DNA of 64,000 nt from Tubulanus polymorphus (lineage: Eukaryota > Animalia > Nemertea): positions 16,464,150 to 16,528,149 of the forward strand of contig NC_134026.1 in NCBI RefSeq assembly GCF_964204645.1. Direction: 5' to 3'. Made by a program: the position numbers and the translations under genes. A model generated the notes under the pieces. The model did no database searches, was not told where the DNA came from, and saw only the letters and a program-made list of their open reading frames with translations. Below, one piece after another: positions 36,464-51,813 of this stretch; positions within the stretch are counted from its first letter, which is position 1, and every line of letters begins with the position of its first letter.

Positions 36464-39400
36464 CTAGCTGTTAACAAACTCTGATCTTGTCACTTTCAAC
36501 GAAGTTAACATCTCATCTTCTATGTTTTCAGTTTTGAGAAAACTTATCTGAAAAGAGATCAATCATAATTGTATATCAATATATATGTACAGAGAGGAAT
36601 GAAAGGGTCATAAATATTTTAATGGACCCATGTATACAAATATATTGTGTTTGTATATCACGCGACAAACTGAAAGAATATTTTTTGCCTAGAACTAAGA
36701 ATTGTTTAAAATGCCTACCTTATCAGTAGCAATGTTTATGGTGCCGGCATTTCGGTTCTCAAGCATTTGGAATATTTCTTTAATCTTATTCTTCCCCCCA
36801 TTTACTTTGAATGCCGACTTCTTTTGCATCGCACTCATGAATACCTCTCTCCCTTCATTTAATATGACAATTTTCATGAGTCGTTGGTTCGTTTCGGTGA
36901 TACCTTTAGTAAAACAATATTTAGATAATTGTTTGACGTATACGAAATAGTCGATGCGTGTACAAATGAAAAGCACAAAAACAAAATCTGGATTTTCCCG
37001 GAAAACTCAATCTAAAAATCTTATAATCTTTCTATTATGAGACCAAAAATGAAAAATAGTGGTTTTTCTCGGGAAATGCACATCTTTATATCCCTCTAGT
37101 TATCATATAGGCCTATAGCTCCCATTTTATGTTGCGGTACCGTGGAATTCCGCGTAAACATAATTATTCTAACATAATTATTTTTATCAAGACATTATAT
37201 TTGGATGACTGTCGAAATTAATTTTTGCTTTTATTCAAAAGCCGATAAGGCTAGCCTGTATACCTATATACCTGTACAAATATAACATATTTTACATTAT
37301 TCTACCGGTTGATAATCTATTAGTGAAAGTTACACTTTTACCATTAATCTAGTAGTTTAAAAAAACAACAAATACGTGCGTTTTCATAATTGATAATCAT
37401 TTACCATCGTATGTTTTACAGTCATTTTTAATAATGAAGCTTCAATTTGTACAACCTACTACGCTTCTTCAATTACACAAAATCTACTCCGGAATGAAGG
37501 CCAGTATACGCCAAACGTGATTTAAGTTCAGGACACTGTTACAGGATCCGATTGACCGATTGCCCGGGATAAGCATATTCTCAATAAGGCAAGTTAGTGT
37601 CAATAGTTCTATCGATTAGGACGAGGTACCTTTTCTACAGCCAGGGTTTGATGTAGCCTACGTCTTAAATTTTTTGACCGTCCATGTGGAGTAGTCCCGA
37701 GTGCATCGTCGACATAATGTTACATCACTCAGAAAAGTCCAAGGTGACTTGTGAGGAACTGTTATTGCGTTTATCTAAGTAACGTATCTTACCATCCGGG
37801 ATTAAGACTGGCGGCGAATCATTTTCCATTCCCACCACAGTCGCGACATGGTCAATGCATAGCGAAACAATTTCTACCGAAGCCCTGATCACTTCCGATC
37901 TGATTGTGTTCCTCTCGTGATCAAGCTGTTCATCATCACCGTCATAGAAGATGTTGAATAGTAGTTGTATCGCTGGGCAAAGACGAAGTACCTGTCCCTT
38001 GCCTTTTGAGTAAAGCGCTGTTAATATGAAAGCAATATCAAATTAATTTTTCTTTAATGATTTTGTGGTAATATGTTAAACCGTAAAGTATGATCAATAT
38101 TCAAATCGTATAGAACACTTGCTGATTAATTTGCTATGACATTATCATTTGCAAGTAGGTGAATTTGTTATTTTCTTTGTTTTCAACAGCTGGAAATACC
38201 TGAAGACTTGAAAGTACTCCTCGCTACTAAAATATAACTATAATATAATTTATTAGATTTAAACTCACCACTTAGCAGGTTGTTGGCCAAACAATTCGAT
38301 TTCAATTTTTGTTGAAATTTATCATAAATGTCCGAAACTTCGTTATCTGTATCTGTGTCTATTCTGTACAAGGTCACATCATTGTCACCGTTGTGCAGTA
38401 CTTGTTTACTGAATGCCTCGCCTACATTTAGTGAAACATTTATAAATCAAAAATTTGAAAAATATAGGAGGTACTTTTTAGGACTAGAATAAAAACATAT
38501 AATGATCTTAATAAAAAACAAATTTTTTACTTTCAATACGTAAAAATACACTTCCAAGTAAAGAGTTAATTTAGAATTTTCAAAAAATATAATGAAAACT
38601 AATTGAACTATTACAACGATTTAGCAATTCACGATATTCCGCTCCAAAACACGTTTTGTGCGATGAGGAACAAGTGACCAACATCAGTCACGAATCAGAA
38701 CATTAAACTGACCCGTTTCCCGTCTACATAGCAACATTTCATAAAACCGGCAACTATCTATTTACTTACATAAACGCTCAATGAAGACATCTCCGGTATC
38801 ATCGTCCGTACACTTTAAATCTTCGAATGTGTTGAATTTCGGCTTAGGAAATAACCAAAGAAATCTTGATGTGAGACCTTTGTCAATATTTTGCTTCTCC
38901 GTTATTAATGAATATGCCGTACTTGGCTGTGTCATCCCAAATATCGATAGGCCGGTGGTTTCCATTGTAAAATTAGCTTTTTCACCAACTGTAAAATAGA
39001 TACCGGCATTATTATCTTTTATGTTGAGCATGTTTATGTTAAAAATGAGAATTTCTAACAATACAACCGGTGGGTGTCTATGTTCTTGTTGTTAGTAAAT
39101 TTTGTATATCAATAGACAAATGGTTACTAGTGCGGTTCCTGAACTTCGCTGAAAAAGCTGAATCACTGAAACGCTGAAACGCTGAAATAAAAACGCTGAA
39201 ATTTCAGGGAATTTCCGAAAAACGCCGAAATTTCAGGGAATTCCCGAAAAACGCTGAAATCGTGCTAGGTACCAACAATACACGTTTTGAAATATTTTCC
39301 GGGCCGGTGTCCGCTGCCGAGTCCTGAACCGTGTTTTAGTCTCTACCTTCGGTTACAGAGACATGCATGGACAGTATGTGTGGAGTATACTTCTAGAGGG

Positions 39401-42400
39401 CCACTTGTTGGACAAATTAATTCGCTTGAAATCCGGATTTTTAATGCATACAGGCAGCATAATGAGGAAAACCCATTCACAAACCGTGCAAGTTACCTTA
39501 AACACTATGCTCAATATTCCCTGCAAGACGCAAAATATCTTATTTGAACGTTCATGTATAAAACATGGAGCAACTTTTCTTTTGTCAACACGTTGATGGG
39601 CGACGAACTATGTCACTATGGTATTCTCTGAAGGAGGTAAATTAAATTTGACAGCTAGTTATATAAATGATGCAGCTTTTGGACAAAAGGGATCTAACTA
39701 AATTTCTTTTAATTCACTGTGGAATGGAATGGAATGGAATGGATTGACGCCAATGGCAAGCAGTAGGCCCCTACATATGGGTCATACTGATTAGCGTCAA
39801 CCAATTAATCTAAATCGGGCTAACCATTCAACAACTGTGAATAATTTATTTGCTGTGGCGTGATAATAATTAGTTTTTTTGAAGAAATGACATACCAACT
39901 GTTAGAAAAATGTACCGATTCTTATTTTTAGACTACTACTGAATCTATAAAAGGAGGAGTCATAGACAAAGTTGATTTGCTTAGCTGGTGACACTTCTTG
40001 TCAAGTACATCATCTCAAGTACTGGGTGTTTTGTAAGTTTAATTTCAGTATTTATTTACTAAGTGCTGTTCTCTCGGACCTCAGTGCTTTCAAACTAGGC
40101 CCACCCCATAGGCTATATAGTCCAGGGTGCATTAGCCACTATTCTTTTATATCCGACTAAAATGCACCTTTTTCTATTTTTAGATTCAGGCTTAGAATGT
40201 GCAAATTTTTTGAGATACTGAGAAATCAGATGGCACCAGTAAACTTCAACTGCGAAATTTGCAGCAGGATAGCTGAACGACACAATTTTTAAAAATAAAA
40301 TGGCTATTCGAATGCTATTTCAATAATAACTTGATTCAACCAGAGAGAAATAAGTCAATTGCGGATGTACAGTACACCCACTTTTCTTCCCTGTTTCCTG
40401 GTACCAAATTTTTAGTCTTAAGCTAAGCGATATTCTAAGGTATACTAGTGGATTTCATTAGAATATGAAGCAATGGAACCAGAATTCTAGCCAGAGTTAA
40501 GCGAACTATTGATTCTGATATAATGTAAGAACTGATTTCCTTTGTATACTCTTGCAGAATGTGTTATGTTTTATTTCAAGCTGTTAAATAATATAGTTAG
40601 ACAAATGTCCAATTATTGGATCTTTCTTGTTGACTCGTTTAATTTTGTGAGTTAAGAGTTCCAGTCAATCCACAATGTGCAGTGCCTAGCCTTCATCTAC
40701 ACTAAAGCCAAGCCTGTGTATGGGAAAAAAATATCGTTCGACTCCTATAGGCCAGACACATCAAAGCATGCAATACATTGCAGATAGTAGTCTCCGGCAA
40801 GTCGAAAGAGAAAGTAAACCAGGTTTTACCCCGTACCCTACCCGGGAACAAAGACACTTAAAGATTCCTTCCTCCTTGTAGAAATTGTAGAAATATGGCA
40901 CCCAATTGTAGCAATGCTAAGTACAGTATACTATGACGGTTGAACCTTTATTAACGAATTTCAATGACACCGAAAATAGAATCAAAATAATCATCAGTTC
41001 CATGCTAGCACTTAATTTGGGTTATCAGGTTCAGCCTAACTGTACTTTCATTCAGCTACTACTTGTATGAGACTTGGCAATGATAAGTTGCAAGAAATCA
41101 CCAAACATAAGAAAAAATATTGTCAATTAATATTACTGTGATTAAGAATTTATTCAAATGAAGTGATAACTTCATTGTTAGATCGTACCGGTATATGCAC
41201 ATAAAACTATGGCAAAAAAAACACATCTAACAATCCACGCAATCGATCAAGTCGATCAGAACGACGACCTTAAGGCATGTCTCTGTAACCGAAGGTAGAG
41301 CATAAAACACGGTTCAGGACTCGTCAGCGGACACCGGCCCGGAAAAAATTTCAAAACGTGTATTGTCGGTACCTAGCACGATTTCAGCGTTTTTCGGGAA
41401 TTCCCTGAAATTTCGGCGTTTTTCGGAAATTCCCTGAAATTTCAGCGTTTTTATTTCAGCGTTTCAGCTTTTCAGTGTTTCAGCTTTTTCAGCGAAGTTC
41501 AGGAACCGTTACTAGTGGGCTCATGTGTTTTGATTATGTTCAATGACTTTAATAGGTGGCAGCTTCCCTGGCCTGGACACTGAGAGGTGACGACTATTGA
41601 CTTGTTGCCGCGATCTGGACTGGTCCGGACACAAGTATGATTTAACTTTTATATGGTTTATCTTATTTATTGAATTGAACCTGCAGTGAATAGGCTTAAA
41701 TTATTTGGATGAATCCAGAAATGACCTTACCCGTTTTCCTTGTCCAGGAATTACCGTTATACATTTGTAATATTCTTGAAAATTCGTTTGTTTCTAACAA
41801 TCCCTTGCTTCCGCTGTATATGTTTATTTGCGTTAAGAAATTTGTTAATTCATCTTGTAGGGCAAATGCTTTTCCGTTGTTTTCGGCCATCAAGGCGCCC
41901 ATTTTTTCAAAACTTTGATCGTCTAATGTCCAGATAACAGATTTAACGTCTGGTCTTGACTCTTCCACCTTGTTTTTGATCATTTTTAGTACTTTACTCA
42001 TCAGCCTATACACTGTTGACTTCCCTGACCCAGTCGGGGTGCAAACGGCAAGCCAGTTGATAGCCGGTTCTTCCCACATGGTGTTTGAAACTTTGACGAT
42101 CGCGTTACTACATATATATGATGATATGCCTAATAACCCAAAAAGTACTGACGAATCGGGTACGTTCATCTTATCTGCAAGAAATTTACAACCCTGCAAC
42201 AAAATAAAATAGAATCATTTTTTTAGAATTACTTTTTGTTATAGGCCTAGGCCTATACTGAAATGAACTTCATAAAATATTATTCTAATACTGTTATACT
42301 TTGTTCAGAGGTTAGGGCTCAACCGCATTCCTAAATTCACGAGAAAAAGGTTAAATATTCATTGACTTGAATATGGAAGAAATGTATTTTTTTATGATTT

Positions 42401-43123
42401 ATACCCTAGAAATTTATTGCTCAATTTCTTGTAAATGATATCCTAGCTATTCAATGACAAGGGTTAAATTTTCAAATTCCTGGAGCGGGGTGTTTTTGAG
42501 TCATACAGGGCATGGTTTTGAGAAAAACTATAGGTTACCAGGGCTGTTAGGAAGTCTACTGACTAAAAAATCTAATCAATAATTAGGCCTAGACCTAGCC
42601 TTAGATCTATAGGCCAACCATGTTGACGATATTAATGATGACTATTTCCGCGATTTAAATTATTGTTGTTATGAAATAGGCTTAGCCTAACTAGAAAACC
42701 GAAGAACAATTTTGTATGAAATAATGGTAATCTCTTTGACGCGACGGGTACATACTCTGTGTTGGTATCAACAGACAAATAAGAGGCCTCTACAGGGACA
42801 CATTTACGTCATTTCAAACGGTGAAATGGTTAACGACTTCCACTACATATTTATTAAATAGACCTATTCCAACTGCATAATGTAGACAATAGTGCGGCAT
42901 ACATAGCCATTGAGCTATATATCCATACGATGCAAGGAAATAGCATATGTTATGGAAAAGGTGCATGAATTACGAATTAATTCTGTTGCTAAATGCAGGC
43001 CTTAAGTAGCCTATTTGATATGGTTGGCTAAAGTTTACTTACCTCTTCCAGCTTCGTTGGGAAAACATTCCAGCGTATTTCTTTCTCCCAACATTTATTT
43101 AAATAAGCTAATCTAGATTCCAT
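36464..43123 (-). CDS. Second copy of the DUF3987-like NTPase gene (intron 2 enlarged by a TIR element)
   Basis: Same exons at offsets +21051/+23436. One visible amino-acid change (LNQGRE vs LNEGRE). Confidence 0.8.
39133..41508. mobile_element. Non-autonomous DNA transposon, 2376 bp, ~234-bp TIRs, 9-bp TSD
   Basis: cggttcctgaacttcgctgaaaaagctgaa... (39133-39366) is inverted at 41275-41508. TSD TTACTAGTG at 39124-39132 and 41509-41517. The empty site is present in copy 1 near 18073-18081. No transposase ORF. Confidence 0.93.
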
Positions 43124-45442
43124 GTTGAAATGATTGAATGGGATCAGCTTTTTATGTTTGATGATAAAAGTCGTTGTGTTACTACGCAACAAATGACTGT
43201 TCCCTAAATAAATTAGTTAATTTCCGTGGTAACGGATCAAAATCCTTATAACATTATTCACTGTACACGATTTTTGGAATGAGATTTCCGGAAATTTCCA
43301 GAAAAATCCGGAATTTATTTTCCGGAATTCCATTTGACCCCCCCCCCTGCGATAATGAGATTTCTAGAATTTTCCGGAAATTTCTGGAATTATTTGTTTA
43401 AATTTTAACACCACGATTTTTGTAATGAGATTTCCGGAAATTTCCAGAAAAATCCGGAATTTATTTTCCGGAATTCCAAGTGACCCCCCCCCTGCGATAA
43501 TGAGATTTCTAGAATTTTCCGGAAAATTCTGGAATTATTTGTTTAAATTGTAAGACCCCTCCTTAGATTTTTCCGGAAATTTCTAAATGATTCCGGAAAT
43601 TGAGAAAATGTCAGAAACCGCACCATTATGCAATAAACAGACTTTGAATTGATCAAGTTTAAATCAAGGTCGTTGAGTCGCGGAAGGCTACTAGAATTAC
43701 GTTCGTCTTCGTCTCAGAGAGAAAACAAACGACAGAAAAGTATCAGGTGATTATCGATAGCCTACAACGGTACACACAGTTGACAAACAGTGTTAGGCCT
43801 GTGCCGGTTGGTGCGTACTGGGACTAAATATACTGGTTGGTCAGTTGGTTCGGTTGTGAAGTGTGGAAGCTAAGATTATAAGAAAGCCTACCGGTATTTA
43901 TTTGTCTATAGGCCTATTATATAGAAGCCAATACCATTTTAAGTACGTAGTTGTTAACCGCACGTGACTGTACGGTGATCTCCACAGGTTAACCGCGTAC
44001 GTGAGGTCCCTACTAAGTATATAATGCCATATGAGTGAGTTCCTAGTAGCCAATACCATTTTAAGTACGAAATTGTAACACGTACGTGACTGTACGGTGA
44101 TATCCACAGGTTAACCGTACGTGAGTTCCCTAAAAACGCTGTATGTGAGTTCCTATAATCAGCAAACGCGCATGCGTAAAAGAATAGAGTTTGGGTTAGG
44201 TGAGGCTAGGCTATTTGTAAATCAAATTTCATCCACCCACCAGTTACGTTCTGTGGCACAGTGGGTAAATCACTGGACTACTACTGGATTTTTTTTTCGT
44301 TTGGTTTCGAATCCCAATATTGCAAGTCTGAGCGTCAACGTACTCACATATGGCTAACCTGTAGAAATCACCGTACAGTCACGTACAGGTAACAACAGCG
44401 TTTTAAGTATTAAGTGAGTACGACAAGCCTACCATGCCTATGTACCACAAACACAACTTTTTCCCTCTCGTCGGCCCTACAGTGATGTTACTATAACTGG
44501 TGCCATTATAATATGGATAGGATTTGGTCAGGACTAGCCTAAAGTCTAATTCAGTCTATGTACTAATTCACTCAATAGGCCTATTTTTAAAACAATACAG
44601 TGAAATATTCACACGCAGAAAGGCTAATTGATTTGAGCCATGTGATTAAGTTTGGCCAGGCCTTCTCTGACCTGCTGACATTAATAGTCAAACCAAACCG
44701 TTCATGTGGTCACGGCTTGTATTACCAGAAATCATTGTAGGCCTGTACATTTTGCTGTTCGTAAGTTTGGTATACCGATTTCTCCATTCTTGACTGATAA
44801 GTGTACGGTACAGCTGTACGCATTATATAATTGTTCCAATGGGAATAGGGCCTATTGATTGGGCTTATTATTTCCTGCTTTAGAGTACTGAAATAAACCT
44901 AATGTTCATTCAAATATCCAACATCGGTGAAAGTTTGATTAATACTGTATACATGTACTGTAGGTTTTCATGTTGTATGAATATTTTGCAGTTCAAATGG
45001 GTATGATGCTGATTCCATTGTCAAACGCATGAAGTTAGATGGTCAAGGACAGTCAACACCAAGATATCTCTCTTCGACCGATGTTGTACCATAGAAGATC
45101 TGATTCTTTCAACTCAAGGAAAGTGATTCAACACGATCGACAACACTGGAATAGGTTTGCAGTAACTAACTGTTCATTTCATTTAGTCCTATGTACTTTT
45201 TAGCCAATTTGGATTTGATTGTAATTGAAACTCTGGAACTGTTAACAAAAGACAAGTAAGACAAGTTGAAAAAACACAAGTTATGCTTGATTCTCATGTT
45301 CAAATTTAATTCAAATTTATTTTATTACATCATATTTACAAAGCATATCATTGGTTCATACAGTAATAAAAATTAGGGCAGAACAAATATCATTACAGAA
45401 ACTCCAAAAAGGCAATGAATTTCTATGACTAAATGAACATTA

Positions 45443-45990
45443 TTTTTAGCCCACTTGGGACTTTAGTCCCAGCGGGCTATTGCGTTCACTTTTCGTCCGT
45501 CGTCCGTCCGTAGACGGAAATCAGTTATTTTAGGAAGTTCTGAAGACGCTTCAATGTAATGTCTTGATATTTGGGTTACACATGTATCTACCCTAGACAC
45601 ATCTTCAGCTCAAAAACTGGCCCTGTCAGAATCAAGATGGCCGACTGGCAGCCATTGTTGTTCGCCAAAATCAACACTTTTTACACATTTTTGAACTTTT
45701 TGAGGGAAATTTTGAAGATGCTTTGATCAATTACCTTGATCTTTCGGATATATGTGAATGCCCCTGGGCTCATCGGCATAACAAAAATTGGGATACGGAC
45801 TCAAGATGGCCGTCCTATGACCTTTTTTAGTGAATTTTGGCCCGAATTCTGAGTTTGCAATTTCTCATTGCAATTTGTGATGGGTATTCTTTGAAAAGGG
45901 ATGTTTTATACCTTTGATACCTGAATTGTTAGATTGTTGAGCATTTGGAACCACTTCCCAAGTGGGCATGGTGTCCCTGGACCCCTAGTT
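45443..45990 (+). mobile_element. Helentron-associated non-autonomous element, copy 2
   Basis: Duplicate of 22011-22558. Confidence 0.7.
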
Positions 45991-48900
45991 CTAATAACTC
46001 AGAACACACGCAACTAGTGGAATAGGTTTGATTTACACACATGTTGCAGGTATCAATTGTTTATCACTGTAGAATTTGTAATCCATAAAAGCCAAAATCA
46101 ACATCAGCCGGAAACCCAGACCAAATCAATTCATAATTTATTGATTGAATCTACACTACGATATATGTATTTATTCAAATATTTCAATAAAAACATTAAC
46201 TTCTTAAATCTAATCTATTCTAAATCATAATACGTTCTTATTTGTGAATTCACTCAATCTATCGGCTCAGCAGGTGCTTAAGATGAGTTCTTAATAGGAC
46301 AGATCCATTTTTAAGGATGGTGATAATACAGTATCATGATGTTTGAATGCCAAAATAAGTGCCTGGTCAAATATATTAATATTTGTGATTGTACGTCCAC
46401 GTATGTTCGGTTTCAAAGCTGAATCATATTTGACGTTTACACAGTGGTTGCATATTAGGTTCGAATCTGTCAATGCGTTTTATTCTATGTATCGATATTT
46501 CAATTTACTACAATTCCCATCATTCTGAATGGCTTTACAGAAAACCCGTCATCGCTGCTTTGCAGCTATATTCTTATTTTAAAATTTGTAACTTTATTGG
46601 ATTTGGGAATCGGACCAATAAAGATTGAATTGAATTGTCCCCTGATACAAATGCCATTAGGGGATGCGGAGCCGTATTGGAAAGCTATGCTATTATAGAT
46701 TGGATAATCGGGATGATCCCATGAAACCTGCATACCTCTAATATCGAACACATTTTCTAAAACATTTGAATATTGAAATCACATGTTTACACATTTTTAC
46801 ATTACGATTTTTATCGAATAATCCGATTTACTTATCATTTCTATTTATGCCTACCGCTTCTGATATAATCATACATCCATTACTATTACAATACGTCTTC
46901 TCATGATATTCAATGCAATATAACATTTCGACGTTCAAATATGGCTCATTGTATAATCACAGGAAGACATTCTACATCTTTGTCAATACAACTTTGCCAA
47001 ATAGCTTGTTTGTGTACACATAGACCTGTAACGTTTTGCACATCGATTCACGGTTACGTAAAATGACGCTGAATGGTTAACATTGTTAAGGTTTCATAAT
47101 GGTAACGTTTTATAATAAGGCGTCAAAAAATCAAGTCCGGGAAGCCTGGTCCCTTCGAAAAGCAGGTGTGAAATAAATCCGAAAATAAAATCTGGCCTGA
47201 CGGGTGAATATAAATCTTAATTTGAGCTGAATTGTACATGAATTGGGAGAAATTCATCGGAGCAACACGCGCACCAATCAACGGAATCCTCGCTCGGTAA
47301 AGAAAAGACTTAAAGCGAGGGCACAATGCGCGATTTCGTCGGGCGATTTTAGTTTATAACAACTATTCAGTCCCCCACCTGACTCCAGTGGGTGCGATGT
47401 AGATGTAATGGAGCTTTCCACTAACAAATAAAGTAAGATATTAAAAAAAATTATAGGCCGACGAAATCGCATGTGCGTCAGGTAGGACGGATTGTTCGCC
47501 TCGAGCGCCGTATTCAATCGACCAATCACAGCTTTTCAACGGTTCACGAGGCAGTAGCGCTAGTGAAGTTTCAAGGCTGTTGATGTTCACGGTGATTGAA
47601 TTGAACTGATTGATTTGAACATGATGCTGTTGAGTCCATACACGGGCCCTGGTTTCCCGTTTAAAGCATTTCATTTTAGAAAAAAACTTTGGTTTGCCAT
47701 GTATGTTGGAGCTTCGTTCTCACGCTTGGAGGCGCGGAAGGAGTTGAGTGTTAGGTTATTTTCGAGTCGAACCATTTTACCTCGTACATGTACATATATT
47801 TGCATGAAATAGAAATACAGTTAAACGAGGGGGAATGCCCATCCTGTCTCCGTGACTAAATTCACTTATAGTTTTTTCTTGTTATTTGGTACCGGTGACA
47901 ATATATCATTTGAAAACATTAATATGCAGTCAGTAAGCCATAACTCGAGTCTTTCCCTGCCATTTTATATCTATATTTGAAAATTTCAATCTTTTTTTAT
48001 TCAAAAAAGTTGCAAAAATTTGTTTTTGATAACGATAAAATCCTGCCTGCCGGGTGCAGAGTTTCCACAAATCTGTATTTTCTTTATAAATAAGAAAACA
48101 TCTGCCTGCTCGGTCACTTTGGTGGGTAGAGAAGGTGGAGAAACAAGGCATCATTGTTGTTTAGCCTCAGTTACAGTGTACAATCTTATAGCTTTTTTAG
48201 GTGCATCACAGTCATGATGGGAATCAGCAGCCAATCTTAAATTCACCAGAACTCCAATCATTGGAATTCATGATTTCTGCTTCGCCCGTCTAGACCATAA
48301 TTTGAAGATATATCTTGCTTTCAATTCCATGTTTGATGATATTTCTTCAGCGAATTCGTAGGCTGCTTTGTAATTTGAAAATTCCATAATACGGGATTGA
48401 TGTGTCGCAATCAGAATCTGCATCGTTTCTGTTTTCAGAAACTGCGCTACGGTCTGTGAACGTGAAGCTGCATCAGTAGGATTCATCGCACCTGGGCAGA
48501 ATAGCCATTGGTCCGATGAGGAATGATCGCGTATTGTAGTGATTTTATTTGCTACAAATGTCTTGAAACGCTTATCCTCGTTCTTAATGTATTTCAGTAC
48601 TGACATACTATCATACGAACATTTGAGAGATGTTCATCATGGCATCGTTTAAGGAAAGCCATAGTCTGGTTTTGTAGATACAAGATATTCTTACGAAGGT
48701 CCACCAATGGCGAAAAACATTCTGCGAATAACAGTTGAATTACAGGGCAAGAGATGAGACGAGCAGAAGATATTATACTGATGAATATCCAAATAGCTCA
48801 CTTTCCAGAGGAATGTAGATAGAATCCCACAATGATAAGGAAAAAGTCTGAAAATTTAACTTTGAGAGAGCAGTTTATTTTGCTTATGCTTATTACCCTT

Positions 48901-49033
48901 TGGTTTGTTTCCCTTTAATCTATTTTGGCGTGTAACTGCGTAACGTTAATTTGCCTTAGTTTGTATCATCTCTGATTACTTGAATAAGTCTCTTTGTCTA
49001 TATATGTATGTATGTATGTACGTACGTACGTAC

Positions 49034-49111
<78 letters not shown>

Positions 49112-51813
49112 GCACGCACGCACGCACGATGTTAAAGATAATATTTCTGTAGGCGACCTGGTGTTAATCCTGGATGATAGAGTCCATCGCTGTGAATGGC
49201 CAATGGCGCGTATCCTGGCAGTGTTCCCCGGAGCTGATGGGTTAGTCCGTCGCGTCAAAGTAAAAACCGGGAAAGGTGAATCAGACCGACCAATTAGTAA
49301 ATGCGTTCGCCTCGAATCAACTTAAAGCGATCGTGCAATGAAAGTACGATTTAATCCGTAGGGCAGACCCCTTAATTTGTTGGCGTTTAAGTAGTTACCC
49401 TTTTTCGTTGGATTTATAATTAAAATAATTCATTTGATTAAACGATATAGTTCGGTTTAAAGTTGCGGGAAATGTAATGTGTAAATGAAATGTAATGTGT
49501 GTATATATAGTTTAGTTATTTCAATTCTGAACTGAATTTTAAGTCGACTCGTCTTGTATACAGATTTAGAAATTATGACAAATGTATTTTCACGCTTTGT
49601 CAGTTTAAAGCTTAGTTGAGGTACAAAAGTCGAAATGCGCGCTTTTTGGGTGTCAGTCCATTCTCTAAGTCGGCAGGAAGAGTATCGTTCGCTCTGAAAT
49701 AAATCTTTGCAGGAATAATGTGTTGTAAGTACATGTACTATTAATTTTGTAATGTATCTCGGTGTTTGTCGACATTTTGTGTAAATTTCCGTCAAGATTC
49801 AAGGATTTGAAAGCTCGTAGTTTACATTTTTGCAGCCAATTTCAGGATACGTTTCGAGTTATTTCTCTTGTCAAAATTTATTCGCTGTAAGAGCGCTTAA
49901 ATTTATCGTTTTTTCTGCATGCTTCATAAATTTAAAACTTTTTCATGAATTTCGTAGCTTGTTTGCATAATAATCAAACATGTTAATTATGGCTTGTAAG
50001 CCCTGTAGTATTTGCTTAGACTTAGTATGTTTACAATTTGTATTTTGTAGAAACCGTGTCTTATCGTCGAATTAAAACTGCATATATCTAAACACGCGCG
50101 TTTACTCTGTGACGTCTCGTTTCGACCATCCAGTATAGGTACCGACCTCATGACTGCAGTGAATTGATATGGATCTCAGTATAGTTAACAAATAAAAACC
50201 CACAGGTAGATTGTAGAAACAGTTTATTTTTTAACAGTTTTGAGTTTAAAACTAAACCTCATCTTCAGAGGAACAAAAAGATACAATAAACTAATTGTAT
50301 CTTTTTGTTCCTCTGAAGATGAGGTTTAGTTTTAACCTCGAAACTGTTAAAAAATAAACTGTTTCTACAATCTACAGTGGGTTTTTATTTGGTACCGACC
50401 CCAGTTTCCTTCCTTGGATGTAACTACTTTTCCAGGTATCGTTTGACAACCAGACTTCCCCTCCACATTTTAGATATCCTGTTGTGCAAAATCAGTTGGA
50501 CCCCCTCGCTCATCCATTCGATTTTACATCTCGAATATTTCGAGCCGTTCACTCGATCGCAAATCTATTTCAGAGTCCTTAGCTGGCTTTCGAACAGGCA
50601 AGCTGCCAATCATTTTAGCGACTGCCGTAAAAGCATCTGATTTTGCAACTTATTCTGTGTAAACTTAAGTATGTCCATGGTAGACGCTCCAATAATTCTT
50701 GGAGATTACGCAACGGCAAATACGGCAAAGGACAACGATATTTGGCAGGGTGATAAAGTTTTAGCATGGCAGTATTAGCTTAGCACAGAAGGTCGACGAG
50801 CCTTGCGCATACAGTCCGACGAGAACACTGGACATGGTATGCACCTTTTCGTTCAATCCTGTTCGTTGTATCTTGATCACACATTTCGTGGTTCTAACCA
50901 ATCGACATAGAAACGATCTGATGGGTTTTTATTGTCGATATTTCGATATCGAGTGGATGCCGAGTTCATCCAATTGATTGACGGGTGCATCAGAAAATAC
51001 ACAAATTGTCTTGTGATTCACCAAACTGCTTAATGTCACGTGCATTACAGATGACTTGGCCACAGTAGAACTGAATAACTCAACTCTTTCAGCAAGAAAG
51101 GGTTATCATCTTAACCCAATGATCATCTTTTCTCGCTCTCCTCTACACACCAACATGTTAACTGCACATAACACAAATAACCCGTTTGGGTAACGCACGA
51201 AGTGAATAGTTATAAGAAGTTAAAAGGCAATTCATTCTTAGTATAGGTCAGGAATCAAGTTTACATTGCTTTGTGAAATAGAGCCGTCGACTTAGAACCC
51301 GCTGAATCGTCCGACACATAAACCACGCGACTTTCTGTCATTATTCTTTGTACCCGCCTTACCGTTGAAATGTATGCTATCTCCATTTCGTCCACTAACT
51401 TAACCCAGTTTAAGGTTAACAGTAGGCTATTGAAAAAACATGACTGCGCGAAGATTTTGCGATGATAATTTACGTTCTAATGATACGGTGATCAAACTTG
51501 ATTAACTGAATCCCTAAAATAATTATGATTAGGAAATCAAACTTAAATATACCGGTAATTATGATGAATAGATAGTTATAGCGCAATAGTAATAGGGGTT
51601 TAGTTGTTTCATACCAAAGGTCGAAGGGTCGAGTGAGTAAAAAATAAAAAATAAATTCTCGCACACTCGAATTTATTTTTTATTTTTTACTCGCCCCTTC
51701 AACCTTTGATATGAAACAACTAAACCCCTATTACTTAAAATATTCATATATATGAATAAAATATAAATGAATAACTTCTAAAATCAATTTTAATTAAAAA
51801 AATTAGTATTAAA

